From: an uncultured Gammaproteobacteria bacterium
GTDB lineage: Bacteria; Patescibacteriota; Patescibacteriia; UBA9570; JBBTWU01
DNA length: 64,000 nucleotides
Reading direction: 5' to 3'
NCBI GenBank assembly: GCA_964364425.1
Contig: CAYIMB010000001.1
Coordinates: forward strand, 6,941-70,940
The notes under the pieces were generated by a model, which searched no databases, was not told the origin of the DNA, and saw nothing but the letters and a program-made list of their open reading frames with translations. This document shows, piece after piece, positions 29,926 to 42,986 of this stretch; the stretch's first letter is position 1; every line of letters begins with the position of its first letter. A program made the position numbers and the translations under genes.

Positions 29926-30464
29926 ACAGAGGTTGTTTTAGCGGCCAGACGGTCAACGGCAGCCAAGAGTCCGGCCAACAGATCTGAAGGGGTTGGTGGG
30001 TTTCCAGGAATCCAGATATCCACAGGCAAGACCGCATCCACGCCACCAACAATTCCGTAAGAACCCTTAAAAATACCACCGTCTTTAGCGTTATCTCCAA
30101 AAGCCACCACAATTTTAGGTGTTGGCATGGCGTTATACGCACGTTTTAAGGCCTCTTCCATATTTCGTGAGACCGGACCGCTGACTAACAACATATCTGC
30201 GTGCCTAGGCGAAGCAGCCACATGAATACCATAGCGTTCCATATCATAGTAGGGGTTGGCCAACATATTCACTTCAACCTCTTCCGCGTTGCTGGAACCC
30301 GGATCAACCTCACGGATATGCAAAGAACGGCCAATCAGCCGTTTTATTTTTTGACTTAACTCCCCACGCAGCAGTTCAATATCTTTTGGAACAGCGGCTT
30401 CCTGAGCGAATTTTTTTTTGGTCACTACCCCGTTTAAGAGGCTTTTTTTGAGCAACTGAAACAT
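29922..30464 (-). CDS. HyfI/NuoB-like small subunit with all Fe-S cysteines substituted
   Basis: RSLHIREVD.GS, ASPRHAD.LLVSGPV, VD.WIPG.PP; no Cys in 180 aa. Confidence 0.9.
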   Translation of the reverse strand: MFQLLKKSLLNGVVTKKKFAQEAAVPKDIELLRGELSQKIKRLIGRSLHIREVDPGSSNAEEVEVNMLANPYYDMERYGIHVAASPRHADMLLVSGPVSRNMEEALKRAYNAMPTPKIVVAFGDNAKDGGIFKGSYGIVGGVDAVLPVDIWIPGNPPTPSDLLAGLLAAVDRLAAKTTSV

Positions 30465-30636
30465 AATTGAGAATTATAACTCCTCCCGCAAATCGAATTT
30501 TATCAGACAACTGTCAAGTAGTATTAGGAATACGAATCTCCTTGTCAAATGGCCTAAAAGCGAGTTTTATACAGCATGTCAAGGCAAAAAGGGGCTTGAC
30601 GCCGGGAAAAAAAATGATCCAAAAATTTTGGCTGGG

Positions 30637-30665
30637 TTGACACAAAATCCCGTACTCCGTAGACT
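30637..30665 (+). promoter_or_regulatory. sigma70-like promoter of the atp operon
   Basis: TTGACA-17 nt-TAGACT, 24 nt before first ORF. Confidence 0.7.
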
Positions 30666-30689
30666 GGGAACGCGTAAACTTGACAGAGT

Positions 30690-30901
30690 ATGGATAAAGA
30701 ACCGTCTTGGGCTGATTCAATGCGCCTGGTAGGTCAGCTTGGTTTTGAAATAGCGTTGCCCCTGGTGGGAGGAGCGTGGGGAGGGCACTGGCTGGACCAA
30801 CGCTATACTGCCTCACCTAAGTTTTTGTTGGTTGGGATGGTTTTAGCCGTGATTCTCTCTACACTCTTGGTGGCACACAAAATTAAACAGTTGCTGAAAT
30901 A

Positions 30902-30902
<1 letters not shown>
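30690..30902 (+). CDS. AtpZ/AtpI(AtpQ)-family small membrane protein
   Basis: QLGFEIALP...G.WLD..Y..SP.FLLVG pattern, first gene of atp operon. Confidence 0.85.
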
Positions 30903-31977
<1,075 letters not shown>

Positions 31978-31978
31978 C

Positions 31979-32479
31979 ATGGAATTCATAGAAAAATTTG
32001 GGATCGATTGGAAACTGTTGATTGCGCAAGCGGTTAACTTTGCCATTGTGCTTTTGGTCTTATGGAAGTTTGCTTACAAACCCATCTTGAAGTTGCTGCA
32101 TGACCGGGAAAACAAAATTGATCAGAGTTTAAAAGACGCGGACAGAGTGGAAAAGTTGAAAGTGGAAATGGAGCAGGAAAAGTCCAAAGTTTTGGCTCAG
32201 GCAAAGAAGGAAGCACAGGTGGTTTTGCAGGAGGCACAGAAGAAAATCGAAATGAATAGACAGGCACAAATGGACAAAACAAAAGGGGAGGTACAGCAGC
32301 TAGTGACCAAAGCCAAACAAGAAATTGCTGCGGAAAAGGTGAAGGCCATGAAGCAAGCGGAAAAGGAATTGGGCTCAATTGCGGTGACTATTGCAGAGAA
32401 GTTAGTCAAACGTGAGCTGACTGATACAGATCATGCTCGCTTGGTGAGTGAGACTTTGAAGGAAATAGGAACCGTATGA
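31979..32479 (+). CDS. atpF: ATP synthase Fo subunit b
   Basis: GIDWKLLIAQAVNF..L.KFAYKPI...R..KI followed by coiled coil. Confidence 0.95.
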   Translation: MEFIEKFGIDWKLLIAQAVNFAIVLLVLWKFAYKPILKLLHDRENKIDQSLKDADRVEKLKVEMEQEKSKVLAQAKKEAQVVLQEAQKKIEMNRQAQMDKTKGEVQQLVTKAKQEIAAEKVKAMKQAEKELGSIAVTIAEKLVKRELTDTDHARLVSETLKEIGTV

Positions 32480-32877
32480 AGCGCGTATCCCCGGGGCAAC
32501 TCGCCAGACAATTATTCAAAGCTTTGGAAAGCTCGCAAGAGCAGGACCTAGTCATTCAGGTATTTGCGGAGCAACTGGTGCGGCACAGACTGAGACGACA
32601 TTTGCCTCAAATCTTGCGAGCCCTAGAGACGCTTTTAGATGAGAAAGAAGGATTGGTTAAAGCGAAGTTTACTAGTCCAGTAGAGGTAACGAACCACTTA
32701 AAAAAACAAGTTGAGCAGGCCGTTTCTCAAGCTGTGGGTAAACGTGTGGAACTAGAGACGCACCAGGACCAAGACTTACTTGGTGGAGCCGTGCTCAAAA
32801 TAGGGGATACCGTGTACGACGCTTCAATTCGTACACAATTAGCAAAATTGAAACTTTCGGTAGAGAACTATGGATAA
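32476..32877 (+). CDS. atpH: ATP synthase F1 subunit delta (short)
   Basis: [22 protein letters not shown]; operon position. Confidence 0.92.
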   Translation: MKRVSPGQLARQLFKALESSQEQDLVIQVFAEQLVRHRLRRHLPQILRALETLLDEKEGLVKAKFTSPVEVTNHLKKQVEQAVSQAVGKRVELETHQDQDLLGGAVLKIGDTVYDASIRTQLAKLKLSVENYG

Positions 32878-34369
32878 AGAAAAAATATTAGACTCGCTTA
32901 AACAACACATTTCTAGCTTTGCCGCTACGGTGGATAAAGCAGAAGTGGGAACCGTGATTGAAGTGGGAGACGGCGTGGCCAAATTATCTGGACTAACCCA
33001 AGCGGTGGCAGATGAAATGATTGAATTTGCCAACGGTGCGTATGGAGTGGTGTTGAACTTAGAGTCAGAACAAGTGGGCGCTATGGTGTTGGGTGATTTT
33101 TCTACCATCCGTGAAGGTGAAACGGTCAAACGAACCAATCGTATTTTGTCTGTTCCGGTGTCTGATGCCTTGATTGGTCGCGTGGTCAATCCTTTAGGCA
33201 TGCCTTTGGATGGAAAAGCAGCTATCTCATCCAAGGAATTCTATCCAGTAGAACGTATTGCACCTGGTGTTATTCAACGTCAAAAAGTGGATCAACCGGT
33301 ACAAACGGGTATCAAAGCTATAGACGCCATGATCCCAATTGGTCGTGGTCAACGTGAGTTGATTATTGGTGACCGGCAAACTGGTAAAACGGCCATTGCT
33401 ATAGACGCCATCATCAACCAAAAGGGGAAAGACCTGATTTGTATTTACGTAGCTATAGGTCAAAAGGAATCTAAGACCGCTCGGATTGTGGCCAAACTGC
33501 AAGAGACCGGAGCTATGGACTACACTATAGTGGTGAACGCTCCAGCTTCTAGCCCAGCTTCCTTGCAATATATTGCTCCATACGCCGGTGTAGCTATAGC
33601 TGAATTCTTCATGGACCAAGGGAAAGATGTATTGGTTGTATATGATGATTTGTCCAAGCATGCTTGGGCCTACCGTCAGATCTCTTTGATCTTACGTCGT
33701 CCACCGGGTCGTGAAGCCTACCCGGGTGATATTTTCTATGCTCACTCTCGTTTGTTGGAACGGGCTAACCGTCGAGCCAAAGAATTTGGTGGAGGTTCCA
33801 TCACTGCCTTACCAATTATTGAAACTCAAGCCGGTGACGTGTCTGCCTATATTCCAACCAACGTGATTTCCATTACTGACGGTCAAATCTACTTGGAGTC
33901 AGACTTGTTCTACCAAGGTATTCGTCCAGCCTTGAACGTAGGTTTGTCTGTGTCTCGTGTAGGTTCAGCAGCCCAACTCAAGCCTATGAAAAAAGTAGCT
34001 GGAAAATTACGTTTAGACTTAGCTCAATACCGTGAGTTGGCCGCTTTTGCCCAATTTGGGTCTGACTTGGATGAGGCAACCAAAAAGCAGCTAGAGCGCG
34101 GTAAACGCACCATTGAAATCTTGAAACAAGATCAATACCAACCAGCTTCTGTGGCGCATCAAGTGTTGGCCATATACGCTGTGTCTAACGGATTCATGGA
34201 TGATGTAGAAGTAGACAGCGTTCGTCGTTTTGAAAATGAAATGACGGAATATGTTGATCAATCCGCTCGTGAGTTAGTGGAAAAAGTGGAAAGTGGTGAT
34301 TGGAGTGATGAAACTGCAGACAAAGTGAAAAAATTGATTGAGGACTTTAAGCAAGTGTGGAGTAAGTAA
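32870..34369 (+). CDS. atpA: ATP synthase F1 subunit alpha
   Basis: [32 protein letters not shown]. Confidence 0.98.
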   Translation: MDKEKILDSLKQHISSFAATVDKAEVGTVIEVGDGVAKLSGLTQAVADEMIEFANGAYGVVLNLESEQVGAMVLGDFSTIREGETVKRTNRILSVPVSDALIGRVVNPLGMPLDGKAAISSKEFYPVERIAPGVIQRQKVDQPVQTGIKAIDAMIPIGRGQRELIIGDRQTGKTAIAIDAIINQKGKDLICIYVAIGQKESKTARIVAKLQETGAMDYTIVVNAPASSPASLQYIAPYAGVAIAEFFMDQGKDVLVVYDDLSKHAWAYRQISLILRRPPGREAYPGDIFYAHSRLLERANRRAKEFGGGSITALPIIETQAGDVSAYIPTNVISITDGQIYLESDLFYQGIRPALNVGLSVSRVGSAAQLKPMKKVAGKLRLDLAQYRELAAFAQFGSDLDEATKKQLERGKRTIEILKQDQYQPASVAHQVLAIYAVSNGFMDDVEVDSVRRFENEMTEYVDQSARELVEKVESGDWSDETADKVKKLIEDFKQVWSK

Positions 34370-34370
34370 T

Positions 34371-36708
<2,338 letters not shown>

Positions 36709-36725
36709 ATCGATTATTACGCGAC

Positions 36726-37190
36726 ATGAAACTGACACTCAAAGTCACTACTCCAGACCGAACGTTGATCAACGCTGAAGTTGATCAGGTGACGGTACCT
36801 ACAAAAGAAGGGGAGATCACCATTCTCCCTGGACACGTGTCCTTAATGGGTGTGCTGGCACCAGGGGAATTAAGTATGAAAACTGATGCGAAGGAAGAAG
36901 CTGTTGTGGTCTACGGTGGCTTTGTGGATATCAGAGATGGAAGAGAAGTCAGAATTTTAGCTGATGAAGCTGCTCACGTTGCGGAGTTGGATTTAGAAAA
37001 GGCGGAAGCCGCACACGCTCTCGCGGTGCGGGTTATGGCTGAAAAGTTCAACCCAAGCGACTATGAAGATGCAGCACTTGCTGTTGAAAGAGAATTGGCG
37101 ACCATTCGAGTTGCTCGCAAATGGAAAGCCAAAGGCTTTGGAACAAGTACGGTGACAAGTGGGATCCCTGGGGCGCAAAGAAAAGAATAA
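36726..37190 (+). CDS. atpC: ATP synthase F1 subunit epsilon
   Basis: VTTPDR, GEITILPGH, GGFV, ILAD. Confidence 0.95.
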   Translation: MKLTLKVTTPDRTLINAEVDQVTVPTKEGEITILPGHVSLMGVLAPGELSMKTDAKEEAVVVYGGFVDIRDGREVRILADEAAHVAELDLEKAEAAHALAVRVMAEKFNPSDYEDAALAVERELATIRVARKWKAKGFGTSTVTSGIPGAQRKE

Positions 37191-37294
37191 AATAAAAACC
37201 GCAACAGCGGCTCAGAGGAGCGGGCTCATCCGGGAGCTTCAATCACCCTTCTTCGCCCATCTCCTCCTGCGCCGCTGTTTTTGCGTTTTTTATT
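37191..37294 (+). repeat. palindromic element, copy 2 (between convergent stops; possible bidirectional terminator)
   Basis: AATAAAAA/TTTTTATT, ACAGCGGC/GCCGCTGT, GAGGAG/CTCCTC, GGGC/GCCC stems around loop GGG-AGCTTCAATCA-CCC. Confidence 0.9.
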
Positions 37295-37664
37295 TCTCTT
37301 CCTGGATCTGCGCCCTGAGTTTCTTCACTTTGTCAGCATCCTTCTTTTTCATTGCAGACTTGGTTGTCTGATGCACGGCATGTTCAATTTGATCAACTTC
37401 ATCCTCATATTTTTCAAACGCCTGGTTCATGAGTTTTTGAGCAAAACTAACTTCAACTGGATTATCTGGAAGGTCAGTTTCTAAGTCAGCCAATCTGGCC
37501 AAATCGCCCTCAATCGCTTTGACGGCTTGGTCTATAGCTTTGTTGATGGCTTCTTGGACACTGGCACTTAAACCGTGTTTTTCTAATTTATCTAAAAGTT
37601 TCTCCTTGATTTCAGGAGCTAGTTCTGCGGCCTCTAAAATTTCACGTGCCTCGACAGTTGTCAT
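37290..37664 (-). CDS. hypothetical helical protein
   Basis: Charged helical ORF with typical codon usage. Confidence 0.65.
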   Translation of the reverse strand: MTTVEAREILEAAELAPEIKEKLLDKLEKHGLSASVQEAINKAIDQAVKAIEGDLARLADLETDLPDNPVEVSFAQKLMNQAFEKYEDEVDQIEHAVHQTTKSAMKKKDADKVKKLRAQIQEEK

Positions 37665-37687
37665 ATATGCCAAACAGACTACAGGAT

Positions 37688-38032
37688 TTATGCAGCCTGG
37701 GCAAATCGACCCTGAGCTTCAAGTAAGCCTCTACCTTTCTGAACTAAGGCTTGAGCTTGTGGAGCTTTTTTCTTTTCAGCCAAACCACCCAAAGTCCTCA
37801 GGACTTCCATATGTAAATTCCGGGAAGCAGAGCGTAAATCCACTACAGCTCCATCTAAGTCATGTTCTTGTGGAGTGCCGCGCAGGTCCGCTTGTTCTTT
37901 ACGCAACGTTTCTTTGGCTCCAGCAGTACGATCTTCAGCCCGAGTCATCCCACGAGCCAAAATTTCCTGGTTGGTTACAACTGGAGTCTCCTTTTTTTCA
38001 GATTTTGGCGCGCCGTGTTCAAGTGATGGCAT
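37688..38032 (-). CDS. hypothetical protein
   Basis: 114-aa ATG ORF co-oriented with the neighbour. Confidence 0.6.
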   Translation of the reverse strand: MPSLEHGAPKSEKKETPVVTNQEILARGMTRAEDRTAGAKETLRKEQADLRGTPQEHDLDGAVVDLRSASRNLHMEVLRTLGGLAEKKKAPQAQALVQKGRGLLEAQGRFAQAA

Positions 38033-38159
38033 GGAGTTGTGATTAATTTGATTAAATGGAACCTAACAGAAATATATGGTTTTGTCAATCATTGGGCCAA
38101 AAAGACTCTATTTTCTATTGTTTTGACTCTCAGTGGTGGACTGATAGTATGTGGGAAGT

Positions 38160-41100
38160 ATGGAAAAAATCTTAGACGGTCTGAATTCAGCTCAAGCCGA
38201 AGCGGTGTGCCACCGGAATGGTCCATTGTTGTTGGTGGCCGGAGCGGGGACGGGAAAAACGACAGTCATTACCAGGCGCTTGGCCAAGCTCATTCAGGAT
38301 GGGGTGGCTACTCCTGATCAGGTATTAGCTCTGACCTTTACTGACAAGGCAGCGGGTGAGATGGAAGAGCGTATAGATACTTTGATGCCCTATGGGTATA
38401 CAGATTTATGGGTATCTACATTTCATTCTTTTGGAGAACGTTTGCTCCATGAGTATGGGCTGGACATAGGCCTGCCGCATCAATTCAAATTGTTGAATCA
38501 AACGGATCAATGGTTACTCTTGCGCGAACATATTGAGGAATTGGGCCTGGAGTACTACCGGCCAAAAGGCAATCCGACCAAATTTGTTGAAGCGTTATCT
38601 CACCATTTTTCTCGTTTGAAAGATGAGATGATTACACCGGAGCAATATGTGGAATATGCAGAAAAGTTGTGTCTAAACTTAGACGCAGAAGTTGCGCGGA
38701 CAAAACAAACCTTAACAGATGAAGAACGGGCAGGTGCAGATGAAGCCATACGTATTCGCGAGTTAGCCCACGCCTACCATGTATATCAACAGTTATTACT
38801 GGCAGAAAACGCTTTAGACTTTGGTGATCTGATTTTCCATACCGTGCAGTTACTAAAAAAACGTCCGGCTATTTTAAAAAAATTGCGTGATCAATTTCGC
38901 TATATTATGGTAGATGAGTTTCAAGATACCAACTTGGCACAATACGAGCTGATCAAGTTAATTGCTTCACCTAAAAATAATTTGGTGGCCGTGGGTGATG
39001 ATGACCAATGCCTCCCGGTAGGAACAAAAGTAACCATCCCCGGCGGAGAAAAAAGTATTGAGAGCATTAAATCTGGCGATGTGGTTTTGACTGCAGTCGG
39101 GAAAGGAAGTTTGAGCACTTCCGTAGTTTTAGCCTGTTCAAAAAAGAAAAAGACTTCAAGATTTCTTACATTTCAACTAGAAGATGGTCATTCATTAACT
39201 GCTACAGATAATCACAAGCTTTTTTGTTACGTCCCAAGAATTGATCAAGGGGGTAGAACCTATGTTTATGTGATGCATAGTTCATTGTTTGGGTGGAGGA
39301 TTGGAATAACAAATGATTTGGCCACCAGGTTATCTTTAGAAAGGGGTGCTGATAAAATTATAGCTTTACGCTCATTTTCTGATCCAGATGAAGCGAAGTT
39401 CTATGAAATACTGTGGGTTCTGCGTTATCAAATTCCGCCTGTTTGTTTTAAAGAAAGAGAGGGGGTAGCCATTAAGGGGGAATGGTTGAGTCGTCTATAC
39501 CATGAAATAGACACTGAAAAGAATATACAAAAGTTAGCAAAAGATCTGAGGGTAGATTTGCATAGTCATCATGTTGGTTTAGATAGTGTCAATAGAGGTC
39601 GGGGCAAGCGGCTAAAGATTCATTTTAAACTTTGCTATAGAAGTCATAAAATAAAAGGGAGGAATGATTCGATTCTATCTCAACCCCTTGTTCAACATAT
39701 AGTTGAGTTCCAAACTTCCCAATTAGACATCATCCGGAAATTAAAGTTAGCGGGAATTGAAACTCAGAAAGCTAAAAAAGGAATCAGGATCAGAAAGGCA
39801 GGTGTTGACTTAACTGTATTAGAAAACTTTGCACAAAAGGTTGCAGAGATTACAACAGGCTACATTGAATACTCTTTCGATGTCGGGAGAGTAAATATAC
39901 AATCTAAAAAAGCTTTATGTATGCCAGCAGGGAATGTTGTGATTGGTCATTTTTTGCCCGTACAAGTTAAAAATCATATTGAGTATAAAAAGGTTATTGC
40001 TATTCAAGAAAAAGTTACTACGGAGAATGTATATGATTTGGAGATTGCCAGAAGTCACAACTTTTTGGCTAATGGAGTAGTAGTACATAATTCGATTTTC
40101 AAATGGCGTGGAGCATCCGTGTCTAATATTCTGCACTTCCAAAAAGATTTTCCAAACCTGAAGCAAATCGTGCTCACAGAAAATTACCGGTCAGGGCAAC
40201 CTATTCTGGATTTAGCCTACCAATTCATTCAGCAAAATAATCCGGACCGTTTGGAATCAAAACTAGAGATTCAAAAACGGTTGGTGGCTAAGTCAGGACG
40301 TGAGGGAAAGGTATTTCATTTGCGCAGTATGACCGGAGAAGGTGAGGCGCATACTATTGTGAGAAAGATTGCGGAGTTGAAACAGGAACATCCGGACTGG
40401 ACCTGGAGTGATTTTGCCGTTTTGGTTAGGGCGAATGATCATGCGGAAAGTATTTTACCGTTGTTGGAACGGGCCAACATTCCTTACCAGTATGTAGCTT
40501 CCACGGGATTATTTTTGAAACCGCTTATGTTGGATATTTTGTCGTATTTGCGCGTGGTGGAAAATGTGCATAACAATTTGGCTTTGTACCGCGTGCTGAC
40601 CATGCCCATGTGGAAGCTGGCGGCAGAAGATGTGATGGCAGTGTTGAATTACACTGCCCGCAAACCGGTGGGGATGTTGGACACGCTGAAGAACTGTCGA
40701 GCCATTGGGGGCCTGAGCGTTCCAGCGTGTGTGACCATAGAACGCATGCTTTCACTCATGGCCCAGCACTCCCAATTGGTGCGTGAAAAACATGCGGGAG
40801 AGGCGGTCTTGAAGATTGTTCAAGACGTTGGATTGATGAAATGGATGACGGATCAAGAGGAACAGAAGGCGGCACAACATTTGGTCTTACTCAACCAATT
40901 ATTCCAACTGATCGCCTCGTTTGAACAAAGTGCTGAGGATAAGCGGGTTAAATACTTTCTACACAACGTAGATTTAATGCTTGAGGCTGGGGATGCTGGT
41001 GCACTGAAAGTAGATATTGATGAAGGGCCGGAATCAGTTAAAGTCATGACGGTACACGCTTCCAAGGGTCTGGAGTTTCAAGCCGTATTTGTCACCAATC

Positions 41101-42182
41101 TAGTGGATAAACGATTTCCTTCAGTTGGTCGGAACGAACCTATTTCTGTTCCGGATGATTTGCTCCAAGAAATTTTACCCACCGGGGATGCGCATCTTCA
41201 AGAGGAACGTCGTTTATTTTATGTTGCCTGTACCCGGGCTAAACAATACTTATTCCTTACCAGTGCGGAAGATTACGGTGGTATGCGGAAGAAAAAACCC
41301 AGCCGGTTTTTAGTTGAATGTGGATTGGCTGAAGTCAAAGCTGAACCAACCGGCGTGGTGGCCTTTGCAGCGCAAGATCAGGCCATTCCTGCGGAACGCG
41401 CTGTGGTGTTGTCGCATGCCCCTGAGACGTTTAGCTTCTCCCAATTTGAGGCCTATGAACGCTGTCCCTGGCAATACCGGTACCGGTTTGTCCTCAAAGT
41501 ACCGGCCCCCGGAAACTACTCAGCTTCCTTTGGTCGTAGCGTGCATGACACCTTGTTGGAGTTTTTTAAACGTGTGCGGTCTAACACAGAAGCCTCACAG
41601 GGCACGTTGTTTGGTCCGGCGGAAAAACTTACGCTTCCCACAGACAAAGACCTCCTCCAAATTTTTGAAGACAAATGGCAGTCTGATTGGTATGCTACAC
41701 CCAAAGCTGAACAAGAATATAAAGAAGCCGGTCGTAACGCCTTAAAAGAGTTTTACAACATCCATCATCAGGCCTGGCCCAAGGTGAAGTATTTGGAAAA
41801 AGGATTTTCTTTGCGTCTAAAAGACGTCACGGTGAAAGGTAAAATTGACCGGGTAGATGGAGTGGGAGATTCAAAGGTTCAGGTCAATGTGGTGGATTAT
41901 AAAACTGGGCGGTTCAAAGAAAAGAAAGACTTCAACCAGTTGTTTATTTACGCCATGGCCATTCAGGACGTGTTTAAAGAAGAACCGCAACAGGTTGGAT
42001 ATTATTTTATTGAAGAAAATAAACCTTTGGATAAACCGGTGACTCAGCAGGCCTTAGACAAAACGCGTGATTGGGTGCTGAACCTAGCTGAGCAAATTCT
42101 GTCCGGCGACTTTACGCCCTCCCCAGGCCAGCAATGCCAATTTTGTGATTACCGCTCCATTTGTGAATTTAGAGCGGTTTAA
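38160..42182 (+). CDS. UvrD/PcrA-type helicase fused to PD-(D/E)XK nuclease (AdnA/AddA-like), intein-containing
   Basis: AGAGTGKT, TFTDKAA, VDEFQD, VGDDDQ|SIF, MTVHASKGLEF, EERRLFYVA; C-terminal GKIDRVD..VDYKTG with CP..CQFC..C. Confidence 0.95.
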   Translation: MEKILDGLNSAQAEAVCHRNGPLLLVAGAGTGKTTVITRRLAKLIQDGVATPDQVLALTFTDKAAGEMEERIDTLMPYGYTDLWVSTFHSFGERLLHEYGLDIGLPHQFKLLNQTDQWLLLREHIEELGLEYYRPKGNPTKFVEALSHHFSRLKDEMITPEQYVEYAEKLCLNLDAEVARTKQTLTDEERAGADEAIRIRELAHAYHVYQQLLLAENALDFGDLIFHTVQLLKKRPAILKKLRDQFRYIMVDEFQDTNLAQYELIKLIASPKNNLVAVGDDDQCLPVGTKVTIPGGEKSIESIKSGDVVLTAVGKGSLSTSVVLACSKKKKTSRFLTFQLEDGHSLTATDNHKLFCYVPRIDQGGRTYVYVMHSSLFGWRIGITNDLATRLSLERGADKIIALRSFSDPDEAKFYEILWVLRYQIPPVCFKEREGVAIKGEWLSRLYHEIDTEKNIQKLAKDLRVDLHSHHVGLDSVNRGRGKRLKIHFKLCYRSHKIKGRNDSILSQPLVQHIVEFQTSQLDIIRKLKLAGIETQKAKKGIRIRKAGVDLTVLENFAQKVAEITTGYIEYSFDVGRVNIQSKKALCMPAGNVVIGHFLPVQVKNHIEYKKVIAIQEKVTTENVYDLEIARSHNFLANGVVVHNSIFKWRGASVSNILHFQKDFPNLKQIVLTENYRSGQPILDLAYQFIQQNNPDRLESKLEIQKRLVAKSGREGKVFHLRSMTGEGEAHTIVRKIAELKQEHPDWTWSDFAVLVRANDHAESILPLLERANIPYQYVASTGLFLKPLMLDILSYLRVVENVHNNLALYRVLTMPMWKLAAEDVMAVLNYTARKPVGMLDTLKNCRAIGGLSVPACVTIERMLSLMAQHSQLVREKHAGEAVLKIVQDVGLMKWMTDQEEQKAAQHLVLLNQLFQLIASFEQSAEDKRVKYFLHNVDLMLEAGDAGALKVDIDEGPESVKVMTVHASKGLEFQAVFVTNLVDKRFPSVGRNEPISVPDDLLQEILPTGDAHLQEERRLFYVACTRAKQYLFLTSAEDYGGMRKKKPSRFLVECGLAEVKAEPTGVVAFAAQDQAIPAERAVVLSHAPETFSFSQFEAYERCPWQYRYRFVLKVPAPGNYSASFGRSVHDTLLEFFKRVRSNTEASQGTLFGPAEKLTLPTDKDLLQIFEDKWQSDWYATPKAEQEYKEAGRNALKEFYNIHHQAWPKVKYLEKGFSLRLKDVTVKGKIDRVDGVGDSKVQVNVVDYKTGRFKEKKDFNQLFIYAMAIQDVFKEEPQQVGYYFIEENKPLDKPVTQQALDKTRDWVLNLAEQILSGDFTPSPGQQCQFCDYRSICEFRAV
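39009..40091 (+). mobile_element. intein (361 aa) in helicase motif III with putative endonuclease insert
   Basis: GDDDQ|CLPVGT...T.NHKL...VYDLEI..HNFLANGVVVHN|SIFKWRGA; AT-richer codons than the extein. Confidence 0.95.
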
Positions 42183-42183
42183 C

Positions 42184-42212
42184 TGGACAAAACTACTTTT
42201 TTCGGCTAGACT
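42184..42212 (+). promoter_or_regulatory. sigma70-like promoter
   Basis: TGGACA-17 nt-TAGACT, 8 nt before ATG 42221. Confidence 0.55.
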
Positions 42213-42220
42213 GTCCACAT

Positions 42221-42814
42221 ATGAAAGAATCAAGACGATTAGCTCGCGTAGGTATGGCAGCCTTGGGTTTAGCAGCCGCCGGTGCGCCCGGTCAGGCAGA
42301 AGCCGGTATCACTCATAAGAAACCCGGAATGGAAACACACCAAATAGCTGATGTGGTTGCTCCGGTTGACCATGAAACCAGAAAGCTCATGGAAAAATGG
42401 GGCATTGATTTTAATGGCAGAGAAATTCGGTTGAAGCTTGATCCTAGAGATGACGGAAGACCCTTGGTCGCCGGAGAACCAAATGCTGTTGTACAAGTTT
42501 CACATGTCGGAAATGACAAAGTTGTATTCCGTTTTGTTGAGCGTGATGGGGGAGTTGGATCAGTCTCTATTGTACGAGGATATGAGGCAGGTTCATTTGA
42601 ATTCGATTTGAATGTCAGTCAAGGCCACCCACGTAGTGGGTCCGTTGAACAAGGGCTTGGTAAGCATACCTATGGAGAGTACGGAAAGGTTCGAGTGTTT
42701 GGGATGCATACGCATAAACCACCGTCTGATCCTGGAATGAAATGGTATTATCATAACCCTAAAGGAGAAGAGAAAGAGGGTTGGTGGTACCAGGCGCGTG
42801 AGGGCTCAAGATAA
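42221..42814 (+). CDS. secreted hypothetical protein with C-terminal GMHT/GMKWYY motif
   Basis: Signal-peptide-like N-terminus ending AEA; motif shared with the downstream ORF. Confidence 0.75.
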   Translation: MKESRRLARVGMAALGLAAAGAPGQAEAGITHKKPGMETHQIADVVAPVDHETRKLMEKWGIDFNGREIRLKLDPRDDGRPLVAGEPNAVVQVSHVGNDKVVFRFVERDGGVGSVSIVRGYEAGSFEFDLNVSQGHPRSGSVEQGLGKHTYGEYGKVRVFGMHTHKPPSDPGMKWYYHNPKGEEKEGWWYQAREGSR

Positions 42815-42840
42815 AATCCAAATCAGTCTATAATCAGCAG

Positions 42841-42863
42841 AACGCCCGCTCCTGGGCGTTTTT
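42841..42863 (+). terminator. intrinsic terminator
   Basis: AACGCCC-6 nt-GGGCGTT followed by T run. Confidence 0.75.
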
Positions 42864-42907
42864 GATGTGACTTATACTGTTTTTTTGGGTATATCAGGCC
42901 TGACCCC

Positions 42908-42936
42908 TTGATTTTATATCGATTTTCAGCTATTAT
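42908..42936 (+). promoter_or_regulatory. sigma70-like promoter of the high-GC ORF
   Basis: TTGATT-17 nt-TATTAT. Confidence 0.6.
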
Positions 42937-42986
42937 CTCTGGCCATCATGGAAGGAATTCCGTGCTCTGCAACCCAGGAGACTCCC

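Noticed and set aside
37159-37484. Short plus-strand ORFs across repeat copy 2
   Set aside because: They overlap atpC, the hairpin and a better minus-strand gene; no coding signal.
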